From: Pseudomonadota bacterium
GTDB taxonomy: Bacteria > Bdellovibrionota > Bdellovibrionia > Bdellovibrionales > Bdellovibrionaceae
NCBI GenBank assembly: GCA_041178425.1
Contig: JBEGVH010000011.1
Span: forward strand, 1-55,941
Length of the DNA stretch: 55,941 nt
Direction of reading: 5' to 3'
Shown: in pieces, positions 1 through 9,104 of the stretch
Numbering within the stretch: the first letter of the stretch is position 1
Layout of the letters: each line of letters starts with the position of its first letter
Position numbers and translations under genes: made by a program
Notes under the pieces: model-generated
Seen by the model: only the letters and a program-made list of their open reading frames with translations
Told to the model about the DNA's origin: nothing
Databases searched by the model: none

Positions 1-294
1 AGGGGTAAGCGAAAAGATTACGTCTCCCACATCAAGGGTTCGTATGTCATGCACGACATATTGCTGTCTGAAGTTTTCAACTCAAGTAAAAAGGAAGGCT
101 ATGCGCCAAAGGGTGTTTACCCACATAGACCAACAATTCAGCACGGAGTGAATACCTCGTACTACAAAAATCCCCACGCCACTACACGGTTGATTATGTT
201 GATCGACTTCATCAGTTCAGAGGATTTTCAGGAAGGCGCAAAGAAGTTCAAGCTAAAGAGAGCTGCTAGTCCTCAAGAAGCTCCGACGGTTTGA
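1..294 (+). CDS. 3' end of an unknown protein (frame open from base 1), possible island cargo
   Basis: Frame +1 is open from 1 to TGA at 292-294; no recognisable motif. Confidence 0.4.
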   Translation, partial: RGKRKDYVSHIKGSYVMHDILLSEVFNSSKKEGYAPKGVYPHRPTIQHGVNTSYYKNPHATTRLIMLIDFISSEDFQEGAKKFKLKRAASPQEAPTV

Positions 295-298
295 GGCG

Positions 299-350
299 TG
301 TAACGACTACTTGTAACGAGCGGATCAGGTGTAACGAGCAACTCGTTACA
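299..350. repeat. Cluster of four TGTAACGA 8-mers (3 direct, 1 inverted), resembling integrase arm-type sites
   Basis: TGTAACGA at 299, 312 and 330; TCGTTACA at 343; about 145 bp from the tmRNA 3' end. Confidence 0.55.
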
Positions 351-452
351 GACTCCTTCAACACCCCTTATTTTCGCTGATTTGAAGTGATTTGGCGGTA
401 AAGAATTTCGAGAGCTTCTCCTGGGGCTAACTGTTTGTTTTTGTTTCTCTTA

Positions 453-487
453 AAAAGAAAAACCCCACTGTTTTAGCAGTGAGGTTT
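453..487 (-). terminator. Intrinsic terminator downstream of tmRNA
   Basis: Stem AACCCCACTG/CAGTGAGGTT followed by a T-run on the minus strand. Confidence 0.7.
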
Positions 488-493
488 CAAATT

Positions 494-838
494 TGGTGGA
501 GGCGGGGGGAATTGAACCCCCGTCCGCAAGTGATCCACGATAAGGCGCTACATACTTAGTCAGTGATTTAGTTTGTTCCGTCAGCTTCCACTGACAAAAT
601 CAGCCGGAACACTCCCCCAGTAAATTTAAGCCTGTCTGCTGGAGAAAACCCAACCGGCCGAGGTCGCTAAATGACGATCTCTCCAAGAGCGCAACCACCT
701 CAAGGGAGATCGTGCAGTCAATTAAGCTGCAAGTGCGTAATCGTTGCCAATTACAAAATGCACGTTTTTAAGGAGGTCCTCATGCGCCCCCGTATGCTCC
801 TTATGCTTCAGCACCCACGTCGAAGCCATGACGCCCCC
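494..838 (-). ncRNA. ssrA: tmRNA; tag (A)GNDYALAA* encoded at 748-722
   Basis: 5' GGGGGCG pairs with 3' CGCCTCC-ACCA including the G3-U alanine identity pair; T-arm GGTTCAATTCC; tag ORF ends ALAA-TAA. Confidence 0.97.
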
Positions 839-861
839 ATGGAACAGAAACTAAGTCGCTT

Positions 862-889
862 ACTTTAACATATTGGTGCCCATGGTCAA
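862..889 (-). promoter_or_regulatory. Putative sigma70 promoter of ssrA
   Basis: TTGACC-N16-TAAAGT with an extended -10 TG. Confidence 0.45.
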
Positions 890-1059
890 TGACCCCCTTC
901 TAAATATTGAGAGGGTATTCTCGAACAGGTGGCTAGATCTAGTGGTGCCTTTTTAGAGTTGGGTTTTTTAAAAAATATTAAACTAATATTATTTTTTTGT
1001 TTGACGAAACCTCAGTAAACAAAGTTAACTGATAACCCAAATAAGGAATGCCCCCTGAG

Positions 1060-1158
1060 TTATCAACAAAGGGTAAGTTCACGAAAAACTAATAAAAACA
1101 ATAACTTAAGGTCTATACTGTGGCGCTCTCCACAGACTTATCCACAGGTTTATCCTGG
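1060..1158. promoter_or_regulatory. DnaA-box-like cluster
   Basis: TTATCAACA (1060), CTCTCCACA (1126), perfect TTATCCACA (1138), TTATCCTGG (1150); the last three have 12 bp periodicity. Confidence 0.5.
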
Positions 1159-2123
1159 GTAACGCCAATGGTCTTATCTTCTTCTGTCACGAGCTCTCGA
1201 ATGGTCTGAGATTTATCGGTCACAGGGTACAATTGAAGGTTCATTTGATAAACCCGTTCACCCTTGGATTGCATACGATGAATGGTGTTGTCTTTGTGAA
1301 CTTGCTTTCTGAACTTACGCAATTGAAAGCGCAAATCTTCAAATTCTTTTTTAGTTAATGAGAGAGTTAAAGTGCCAAACTCTCGCTCGGTTGGGCAATC
1401 TTGAAAGAGAGATTCCAGGCCTAAACACATTAACTGCGTTTGCAGTCGACGAATCAACACCACCGGAATGTCTTCTGGATTTTCAATGAGAGAGCGCCCT
1501 TTTTTAACTTCGCCAGTCTCCGCATCGGCAACCAGTTCGCCCGACTCAAGAAGCTTATTAAGGGCATTTTGTATTTCGGTCTCGCTCGCTTTATTACGTA
1601 AAAGCTGCTTCAGCGCTCGCACGCTAAAACCGGCGCCTTCTTGATCGAGAAGCGCAAACAAAATCCAACCAATCCAGTTGGGAATACGCTCATGGGTTTT
1701 TTTATCGATAAGACCCTGCTTTAGGCTCTTTTGAAGTCTAAAATCAGAGAGGTTTTTTAAATATTGGTTACGAAGTTGTGGATCGGTTTCTTGGTTGTAG
1801 CTCACCAATAAAACAAATTCATCTGTCGCTTCTCGATTGAGCTGCATAGCTTTAGCAAATCGATAGGCCATTTCTTCAGAAAGATTACGTTGTCCTTCAA
1901 TCACGAGGCGAAGATAGTTTGGAGAACGAATGTCGGCCGCTGCAGAAAAATGTGAATAGTTGTATCGACGCAAATTTCCTTTAGTGATGTCACGCTTATA
2001 AAGATAAAAGGCTCTCAAAAAATCACGAAAATTGAGATAATCTCCAATTTGTGGCTCTTTTACTTCAAAAAAACTCTGTTGTTGAGGTTCATTCGCCTTC
2101 GTAACCTGCGCCTCTGACTCCAT
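1113..2123 (-). CDS. TIGR02147/DUF4423 family protein (HTH-like N-terminus)
   Basis: YLNFRDFL...YSHFSAAADIRSPNYLRLVIEGQRNLS and C-terminal REFGTLTLSL...VYQMNLQLYPVT pattern. Confidence 0.8.
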   Translation of the reverse strand: MESEAQVTKANEPQQQSFFEVKEPQIGDYLNFRDFLRAFYLYKRDITKGNLRRYNYSHFSAAADIRSPNYLRLVIEGQRNLSEEMAYRFAKAMQLNREATDEFVLLVSYNQETDPQLRNQYLKNLSDFRLQKSLKQGLIDKKTHERIPNWIGWILFALLDQEGAGFSVRALKQLLRNKASETEIQNALNKLLESGELVADAETGEVKKGRSLIENPEDIPVVLIRRLQTQLMCLGLESLFQDCPTEREFGTLTLSLTKKEFEDLRFQLRKFRKQVHKDNTIHRMQSKGERVYQMNLQLYPVTDKSQTIRELVTEEDKTIGVTQDKPVDKSVESATV

Positions 2124-2200
2124 TATGGTCCCTCCAGGGATGGAACTTAATAGAGTTGAGTTTTGTGAATAAACAATTATTTTACAAGCTTAAATAAAGC

Positions 2201-2500
2201 CTATGAAGTGGTGCGTTTGAAAAGCAAGGCCTCAGCGGTTTCTGGGCTCATTCCGTGAATTAAAAGTTGTTTTTGCCTCGATGTCTCACCCTTTATGAGT
2301 TCAACGGCGGAGCGGTTGAGGTTTAAAAGTTCAGCAACAAACTCTGTTAAGCACTCATTCGCTTTGCCATCCACGGGCGGAGACTTAATTTTTACTTTAA
2401 GGCGATCGTTATGCAAGCCAACAACTTCATTCTTGCGCGCCTGCGGTTGGGCATGAACATCAATGATACATCCTTTTTTATCTGACCGAATCCACCCCAT
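2201..2500 (-). CDS. yggU: DUF167/YggU family protein
   Basis: VHAQPQARKNEVVG...PPVDGKANE...GETSRQK. Confidence 0.9.
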   Translation of the reverse strand: MGWIRSDKKGCIIDVHAQPQARKNEVVGLHNDRLKVKIKSPPVDGKANECLTEFVAELLNLNRSAVELIKGETSRQKQLLIHGMSPETAEALLFKRTTS

Positions 2501-2550
2501 TGTTGGCTCCTTATAAAAAAGGTTTTAATCGAGAACCGCCGAAAACGCAC

Positions 2551-2586
2551 AAAAAAATAGGGCTGTTGCGTGTGACAACAGCCCTA
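2551..2586 (-). terminator. Intrinsic terminator
   Basis: 11 bp stem TAGGGCTGTTG/CAACAGCCCTA plus T7 on the minus strand. Confidence 0.75.
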
Positions 2587-2612
2587 AAAAGGTGGTCGAG
2601 GGATCCTTTAAC

Positions 2613-3347
2613 TTAAAAATAAAATGTGTAGCCAATCGACGCTAGCATACCCGAAAGAGTGGTGCCCAAATCGCGATTTTCCATTTCAACCTCTTGGCCA
2701 TCGGCGGGAGGGCCGGTGAGGCTTCCGTTGCCCCAGCCGGCAGTAGCATTTACACTTGTTGCTTTATTTCGCTCGAAGGGAAGATAGCGAAAGTTCCCCT
2801 CGAGGTTGAAACAATGATCAGCAAAAAAACAAAACTCAGCGCCTATCCCGGTGCTTCCACCAAAGTTGCCGCCAGAAAACTCAATGGTGGAGTTGTCTTC
2901 ACGAATCTTTCCATTTAATCGTCCGTAGCCGAGTCCAATTTGCATATAAAACTTGAGGAATGAGTTCTCGAGGGGGATTAATCGAAAGGTCGGAAAAAAC
3001 GTCCAACCGGAGAGTTCGTAGTTATACTTAGCCCCATTCGAAGCCTTACCCAAGGAGCTCTGACTAAAAAAAGAGGGTCTAAAGATCAAAGCAAACATGG
3101 AGCTACTAAAGCGATACATATACTGAAGGTTTAGTTCGTAGCCTTGGCCCATGGGTTTCGTCGAAATACCACCCGCAGCCGTATTAGCAGCACTAATGAG
3201 AGTGTCATAATCATCTTGGCTAGGCGATGCAAAACTAAAATTGGTTCCAAAGCTATGGTTGCCGCCCATGCCTTTGGCTTCTGCCAAAGAAAAGCTTAAA
3301 AGGCTAAGGGTAGAGACTGCTATAATAAACTTACTTGAAGTTTTCAT
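2613..3347 (-). CDS. Small outer-membrane beta-barrel protein
   Basis: Signal peptide, amphipathic beta strands, C-terminal GYTFYF BAM-type motif. Confidence 0.75.
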   Translation of the reverse strand: MKTSSKFIIAVSTLSLLSFSLAEAKGMGGNHSFGTNFSFASPSQDDYDTLISAANTAAGGISTKPMGQGYELNLQYMYRFSSSMFALIFRPSFFSQSSLGKASNGAKYNYELSGWTFFPTFRLIPLENSFLKFYMQIGLGYGRLNGKIREDNSTIEFSGGNFGGSTGIGAEFCFFADHCFNLEGNFRYLPFERNKATSVNATAGWGNGSLTGPPADGQEVEMENRDLGTTLSGMLASIGYTFYF

Positions 3348-3360
3348 TGATTCAATCCTC

Positions 3361-3936
3361 TTAAATCATGTCGACAGCAAGAGGAGATATATCAGAACTT
3401 AATTTGTCTGAAGTCTCCGTATTGTTATTATTGTCGTTAGCGGCCGCTGTGGCTGTTGTATGGTGAGAAGTTGTTTCGGGCATTCCCATGTACTTTTGCC
3501 CCTCTTCGACAAGTGCTAGGTGGGCATGGGCCAGGGCGCGCATATTTGTTTCGAACTGAATTCTCAAACTCTTGAGTTCGTTAATTTCTGTATACGCACG
3601 ACGAAGCGACTCTTGAGTCTCTTTTTGCATTTCTTGCGATTTGATTTGCGCTTCCTGAAGGATGAGCTCGGCTCTTTTTTCGGCATCCTCACGAATCTTT
3701 TCAGACATCTGAGATGCCGTAGTAAGAGTGTTCTTTAAAAGCTGGTCGCGCTCTTTGTATTCATTGATCTGATGATCTCGCTCGCGGAGTTTATCGCGAA
3801 ATTCATTCTTCTCTCTGATAAGCACTTCAAGCTGATCGGCAATGGCTTCGAGATAGGTTCGAACTTCGTTAGGATTAAGGCCATACATGCCCTTGCTGAA
3901 GGTCTTATGGGCAACGTCGACTGGAGTAATTTTCAT
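3361..3936 (-). CDS. divIVA: DivIVA-domain protein
   Basis: MKITPVDVAHKTFSKGMYGLNPNEVRTYL followed by coiled coil. Confidence 0.9.
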   Translation of the reverse strand: MKITPVDVAHKTFSKGMYGLNPNEVRTYLEAIADQLEVLIREKNEFRDKLRERDHQINEYKERDQLLKNTLTTASQMSEKIREDAEKRAELILQEAQIKSQEMQKETQESLRRAYTEINELKSLRIQFETNMRALAHAHLALVEEGQKYMGMPETTSHHTTATAAANDNNNNTETSDKLSSDISPLAVDMI

Positions 3937-4055
3937 CGTTTAGCTCCTCTAATTATCTAAGGTAAATTCTAGACAAAAACAGAGGAAACAATCAAATGAC
4001 TAAGGTCTAGCTGCCCCTTCGACCTGGAAAACTAGACCAAAGACCGAGAATTGAC

Positions 4056-4886
4056 CTACTTTGTCGACTTAGAAAGCTCTTGGTTTCGCATCCAGGCCTT
4101 CTCAAAACTCAATCTCAAAACCCTTTCGAGCTCAAGCTCACGCATCGATTCAAGCCCTGCAGCCGTCACACCTTTTTTTGATGTGACTCTATTTTGCAGT
4201 TCTTCAAAGCTAACCTGCTCTTCATGCCCGGCAAGCATGGAGGCCCCCAAAAAGGTATCCACTGTCATTCTTCGTGCCACGTCTGGAGAAAAACCACGTT
4301 CCTCAATCCAATCTTGCCAGTAAGCCATCAGCTCCAAAACAAATCCTGTTCCCGAAGAGCTTGCTACCAGCAGAGTGTCGAACATTTCTCCCTCTTCAAG
4401 GGGAACCACGTAACCCAAGGGGGCCAATAGTTCTTCCACCAAGGAACTCGCGCCGTCATCATGAGGGTCTCCTAAGCAATAACCAACCACGCCCTTACCA
4501 AGAGCTGAAGGTGTATTGGGCATGACCCGCACTAATCTGGAGTTCGGAAGTACTTTTTCTAAATTTTCAATCGGAACTCCGGCAAGCAAACTGATGATTA
4601 TTTGATCCTCACGAAAAAGTGAGGCAATCGGTTCAATGGCAGTGATAAAATCTTGGGGCTTCATAGCTAAAAATACAATTTGGCAGGCGTCTACCACTTC
4701 TTCATTAGTATTAGCGATATGAATGGGCCAGCGCTCTTTAATTTTTAAAAGTTTTCCTGGGGAGCGATTGCTCATCGAAGTATTTTGGGGTTTCACTGTT
4801 TGAGTTTCAAAAAGACGGCTACTGATAATATTTGTCATGTTACCAGCACCGATAAATCCAATTTTTAAATGTTCAACGAGAGTCAT
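4056..4886 (-). CDS. proC: Pyrroline-5-carboxylate reductase
   Basis: IGFIGAGNM, VRVMPNTP, VTSKKGVT; start placed at ATG 4886 after an AAGGA RBS. Confidence 0.92.
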   Translation of the reverse strand: MTLVEHLKIGFIGAGNMTNIISSRLFETQTVKPQNTSMSNRSPGKLLKIKERWPIHIANTNEEVVDACQIVFLAMKPQDFITAIEPIASLFREDQIIISLLAGVPIENLEKVLPNSRLVRVMPNTPSALGKGVVGYCLGDPHDDGASSLVEELLAPLGYVVPLEEGEMFDTLLVASSSGTGFVLELMAYWQDWIEERGFSPDVARRMTVDTFLGASMLAGHEEQVSFEELQNRVTSKKGVTAAGLESMRELELERVLRLSFEKAWMRNQELSKSTK

Positions 4887-4920
4887 GCCGTATATTCCTT
4901 TTGCGCTGCTCTTTGCGTTT

Positions 4921-5637
4921 TTAGAGGTTTTTCTTTTCTCGTTCGCCAAAAATGGCTGTTCCAACGCGAACTATATTGGCCCCTTCTTGAATGGCCACTT
5001 CAAAATCGTGGGTTGTGCCCATCGATAAAAATTTCCAGGCTTCCTTGCGCGAATCCGGAAGCTGTTTTTTTAATTGATCGAACAAGTTTTTGAGATCGCG
5101 AAAATAAGGGCGAGTCAGTTCGGGGTCGTCGTGCAGCGGAGGAAGCGCCATGAGACCGGCCAACGTTAAATGAGGGAGACCCTGGAGCTCATGAAAAACT
5201 AAAGAAAGACTCTCTTTGGTGAATCCTCCCTTGGTGCTTTCGTCGCCAAGGTTTACCTCGAGAAGGATTGCCTGCTGAATGTTTTGTTCGTGGGCTTTTT
5301 GTGAAATTTTCGCGGCAAGATCTAAGCTATCGACGGAGTGAATAAGAGAGAAGGCGCCAACAACATTTTTAACCTTATTTTTTTGAAGATGACCAATAAA
5401 GTGCCATTCAATAGGAAGTGAACTTAATTCTTTTTGTTTAGCGTTAGCCTCTTGAACATAGTTTTCACCAAATTGAAGTTGCCCCTTTTCAAAAGCCCAT
5501 TCGATCATTTGAGAGGGATGGGTTTTTGAGACGGCCAGGAGCATGACCGTGCCTGATGGTAACCCAGACTTTTGGCTAGCTTTTTCGAGGGCTGTGCGCA
5601 CATCGGCCAGACGTGTTTGAAGCGACGACTTATCCAA
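4921..5637 (-). CDS. yggS: PLP homeostasis protein YggS
   Basis: LLAVSKT, FGENYVQE, WHFIGHLQKNK, LSMG, VRVGTAIFG. Confidence 0.95.
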   Translation of the reverse strand: MDKSSLQTRLADVRTALEKASQKSGLPSGTVMLLAVSKTHPSQMIEWAFEKGQLQFGENYVQEANAKQKELSSLPIEWHFIGHLQKNKVKNVVGAFSLIHSVDSLDLAAKISQKAHEQNIQQAILLEVNLGDESTKGGFTKESLSLVFHELQGLPHLTLAGLMALPPLHDDPELTRPYFRDLKNLFDQLKKQLPDSRKEAWKFLSMGTTHDFEVAIQEGANIVRVGTAIFGEREKKNL

Positions 5638-6220
5638 GATGCCAGCCCCTTATTTGAAGAAGATTTTTTAGGCTGTCGATGGATAGGCCCACCACATTAT
5701 CAAACGGACCTTCGTAGCGTGCGATAAAAGTTCCGCCGAGCCCCTGAATACCATAAGCACCCGCTTTATCCATGGGTTCACCCGACGCAATGTAGTCTTG
5801 GATTTCTTGATCAGAAAGTGTTCGAAAAAAAACCTCTGTGGTGGTGATTTCTTGGATTTGTTCAAGAGTTTTACAGTTGATCAAATGAAGAGCTGTCTTA
5901 ACCAAGTGACTGCGATTAGACAAAAGTCGAAGATAGGTCTCGGCCTCTTTTTTATCTGAAGGTTTTCCGTAGGAAACACCGTCTACGATCACCATGGTGT
6001 CGGCAGAAAGAATTAAAAAGTCTTGTGATTTTAACTGTTTATTTTGTTCTAGACAGGCTACGGCTTTGTCTTCAGCGATTTTAAGAATCTGCTCGTCGAG
6101 ATTTAGGTTTTTGTCAGGAGTTTCCGATATGTTAACTGGGAGAACTGTGAATGAATAACCAGCTCGTGAGAGTAAATCTTTGCGTCGTGGAGATTGCGAA
6201 GCGAGTATGAGTTTATACAT
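5630..6220 (-). CDS. maf: Maf nucleoside-triphosphate pyrophosphatase
   Basis: LILASQSPRR, ADT, GKP, DKAGAYGIQG. Confidence 0.95.
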   Translation of the reverse strand: MYKLILASQSPRRKDLLSRAGYSFTVLPVNISETPDKNLNLDEQILKIAEDKAVACLEQNKQLKSQDFLILSADTMVIVDGVSYGKPSDKKEAETYLRLLSNRSHLVKTALHLINCKTLEQIQEITTTEVFFRTLSDQEIQDYIASGEPMDKAGAYGIQGLGGTFIARYEGPFDNVVGLSIDSLKNLLQIRGWHLG

Positions 6221-6251
6221 AGGCTCCTATTTTCATCACAAAGGATGAGAA

Positions 6252-7154
6252 ATGGGAAGAGCTGAATTACTTCTTTTTGGTGCATTGATCCTCGCTGGGG
6301 TCTCCGTGTATTTATTCATGTCCGTGATATTCGGCGCGAATAATGACAAGGATCTTTTGGCGTGGGCCAGTGGTGATGATCGACCAAAGCCAAAGAGTCA
6401 GGTGATTGCAAAGTCTTTACCTTTGGTTCATCAATTTACTCTTAAGTATGCTGTAAAAATTAGAGATCCGAACTATCGAAAAAAGGTTGAGAAAACTCTT
6501 CTCACTGCGGGAATGTCGCGCGAAATCACAATCGACGAATTTATAGGGCTCCGCTTTCTGTTTGGCTTTATGTTCCCGCTGTTTTTACTCATGATGAATT
6601 TCGCTTTAGAAATGGAATTGCCAGCGGCCATGTTCGTTATTCTTCCGCCCCTTGGTTATATGCTTCCTGATATTCATGCGAAGGGTGTGCGTGATCAACG
6701 TGTGGTATCGGTGAGAGGTGATTTGCCATTTTTTATTGATCTTCTTGCTCTCTCCACAGAAGCGGGCTTAGATTTTATTGGCGCCATTCAGCGAATTGTC
6801 GACAAAGCCTCCGGAAGTATATTGGCCGAAGAGTTATCGGTCGTCTTGCAAGATATTAAACTCGGGTCATCGCGAATCGATTCGATGAGACGTTTAGCAC
6901 AACGCTTGGATATGTCTGAGATCACTAGTTTCGTTGCCGTCTTGGCTGATGCCGATGCGACGGGAGCGAGCATTAACCAAGTTCTTAAAGATCAGTCAGT
7001 GCAAATGCGTCTTGAACGCTTTGTTAGAGCAGAGAAGGCGGGGGCCCGCGCCTCACAATTGATTTTAGTTCCAATCGTTTTATTTATTTTGCCAGCGGTG
7101 TTTATCATGGTTTTTGGTCCGGTTGCGCTGCAATTTGAATCGGGGGGTAATTAG
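6252..7154 (+). CDS. tadC: TadC / T2SS-F family inner-membrane platform protein
   Basis: LPFFIDLLALSTEAGL, ELSVVLQDIKLG, G..I..VL..QS..MR..R..RAEK; TM helices. Confidence 0.88.
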   Translation: MGRAELLLFGALILAGVSVYLFMSVIFGANNDKDLLAWASGDDRPKPKSQVIAKSLPLVHQFTLKYAVKIRDPNYRKKVEKTLLTAGMSREITIDEFIGLRFLFGFMFPLFLLMMNFALEMELPAAMFVILPPLGYMLPDIHAKGVRDQRVVSVRGDLPFFIDLLALSTEAGLDFIGAIQRIVDKASGSILAEELSVVLQDIKLGSSRIDSMRRLAQRLDMSEITSFVAVLADADATGASINQVLKDQSVQMRLERFVRAEKAGARASQLILVPIVLFILPAVFIMVFGPVALQFESGGN

Positions 7155-7501
7155 TGGCAACACTTTTTAACCGCTCAACAAATCAGATCTTGAGCCAGAA
7201 TCTTGCAATCGCCGATTCGATGACGAGCCGAATGAAAGGCCTTTTGGGAAAAACAGAACTTGTTGGTGATGAAATGCTTTGGATACAACGCTGTAATAGC
7301 ATTCACACCTTTTTTATGAAATTTTCAATTGATTGCATTTTTCTTAATAGCCAAATGAATGTGTGTGCGGTTCGCCGTAACGTGCTTCCTTGGCGAATGG
7401 TTTGGCCAATTCTTTCGGCCCGATCAGTGATTGAGTTGCCCGCCGGCCAGGCGGAAGTGCTCAAAGTTTCGTTAGGAGATCAGCTGCATGTGGGCCATTA
7501 G
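7154..7501 (+). CDS. DUF192 domain protein
   Basis: IADSMTSRMKGLLG...NSIHTFFMKFSID...SVIELPAG. Confidence 0.85.
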   Translation: MATLFNRSTNQILSQNLAIADSMTSRMKGLLGKTELVGDEMLWIQRCNSIHTFFMKFSIDCIFLNSQMNVCAVRRNVLPWRMVWPILSARSVIELPAGQAEVLKVSLGDQLHVGH

Positions 7502-9104
7502 AATGCTCTCTGGCAGTCATGCGGGTCAGGTGTTTCCTTTGAAAGAAGGGCGAACGCTGATTGGTCGTGGTCCAAGCTGCCAGATACGTTTTAATGATAT
7601 GGATGTCTCTAAAGAGCATGCCCATATCCTGGTTGAAAATGATCGCCTCTCTGTTGTTGATAACCAAAGTCGAAACGGCACCTTTGTTAATGGAATTTTA
7701 GTTAACAAGGCGAGCTTAAAGCGTGGCGATAAAATATCATTTAATCAGACTATGTGCGATGTGATTCAGCTCCCAACGCCCCAAGCTCGCAAAGCAAGTG
7801 TTGTGCCCGTCGGAGGTATGAACATACCAAACCCAGGTATGCAGGGTTATGGTATGGCTCCGCAGCCGATGATGCCACCAGGTGGTTATTCGGGTGTTGG
7901 TGGGGTGGTACCAAATATGGGAATGGGCGAGGCGCCTCCACCGTCTCAGAATGAAGATGGATTTCTCAAGCGCTACTTTGAAGAAGTGTTGATGCCGGGT
8001 GTTTATCATCTTGCTCAAGTGATGGAATTCAAACTGGTGATAGGCCTCTTTATGCTGATCTTTGCGGTTGGAGTTACGGCACTTTCAACGATTCCAATGA
8101 TTGCGATCTCATCCGATAGCATTCAAATCGAAAGTCGTCGCCGTGCTTTAACAATTGCAAGAAATCTAGCCAACGTGAATCAGCAAGCACTGCTCAAAGA
8201 AATGGACTCAGCTCTCTCAACACAAACAGCCGATCTCGAAGAGGGCGTATCGCAATCCTATATTATAAGACAAAGCGATGGCTCAGTGATTGCTCCGGCG
8301 ACGAAAGCGGGGATGGTTCCTTCGCTGCCATTTATTGAGACGGCGAGAAGAGAACAAAAAGAACTTGTTCAACAAATTGACTCTTCTCATGTGGCTGTGG
8401 CTGTTCCACTCTCGGCTTTCAATCCAGATACGGCTACTTATACGATAAAAGCGTTTGCGGTTGTGGTTTACGACATGGGTGCACTTGCCGTGGACGATGG
8501 GCGAACCCTCAGTCTCTTTTTTCAAACTCTCATTATTGCGATCGCTTTAGGGTTTGTTCTATATTACCTGTTCTATCGATTCATCGAGCACCCGGTCGCT
8601 GAGCTCAATAAGCAAATAGATAATATCCTTAAAGGTAATGGCGATTCTACGGCCGATATTAATATTGATTTTCCACAATTTCAAAACCTGGTTTCCAACG
8701 TCAATACAATCCTCACCCGGCTATCGAGCGGCGACGGTGGTGGCGGATCAATGGGTGGCAATAAAGATCTTGAGGTTTTAAATATCGTTCGCCTGGTTGG
8801 TTATGCAGGAATTGCGATTACAGCCGACTATAATATCTTGGGACTCAATGCGGCTGCGGAGCATCTTTTGGGAGTCAGCGAGAGTCAGTTGCGAAATCAG
8901 CCCCTCACAATGGTACCAGACCAGGCTTTACAAAAAAGCCTTTACGATTTGATGGAGCACGCCTCTCGAGATACGGCCATGCCTAGTAAAAATGAACTCG
9001 AATTTGGCGGTGAAAACACAGAAATAAATTGTCAGGCAATGACCGACAAAGGCAAGGTGACGCACTACCTCGTTACTATTATTCCAATGGGAGGGGTCGG
9101 TTAG
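7488..9104 (+). CDS. FHA-TM-periplasmic-TM-HAMP-PAS-like membrane protein
   Basis: FHA motifs GR/SKEH/SRNGT; two TM helices; HAMP-like IEHPVAELNKQID; PAS-like ILGLNAAAEHLLG. Confidence 0.75.
   Translation: MWAIRMLSGSHAGQVFPLKEGRTLIGRGPSCQIRFNDMDVSKEHAHILVENDRLSVVDNQSRNGTFVNGILVNKASLKRGDKISFNQTMCDVIQLPTPQARKASVVPVGGMNIPNPGMQGYGMAPQPMMPPGGYSGVGGVVPNMGMGEAPPPSQNEDGFLKRYFEEVLMPGVYHLAQVMEFKLVIGLFMLIFAVGVTALSTIPMIAISSDSIQIESRRRALTIARNLANVNQQALLKEMDSALSTQTADLEEGVSQSYIIRQSDGSVIAPATKAGMVPSLPFIETARREQKELVQQIDSSHVAVAVPLSAFNPDTATYTIKAFAVVVYDMGALAVDDGRTLSLFFQTLIIAIALGFVLYYLFYRFIEHPVAELNKQIDNILKGNGDSTADINIDFPQFQNLVSNVNTILTRLSSGDGGGGSMGGNKDLEVLNIVRLVGYAGIAITADYNILGLNAAAEHLLGVSESQLRNQPLTMVPDQALQKSLYDLMEHASRDTAMPSKNELEFGGENTEINCQAMTDKGKVTHYLVTIIPMGGVG

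Noticed and set aside
299..350. Short repeats as a CRISPR array
   Set aside because: 8 bp units with 5-10 bp gaps and no cas genes
671..868. 65 aa plus-strand ORF
   Set aside because: Antisense to tmRNA
960..1160. The chromosomal oriC itself
   Set aside because: Only one perfect box and no dnaA/dnaN/gidA context; kept only as a possible accessory DnaA site
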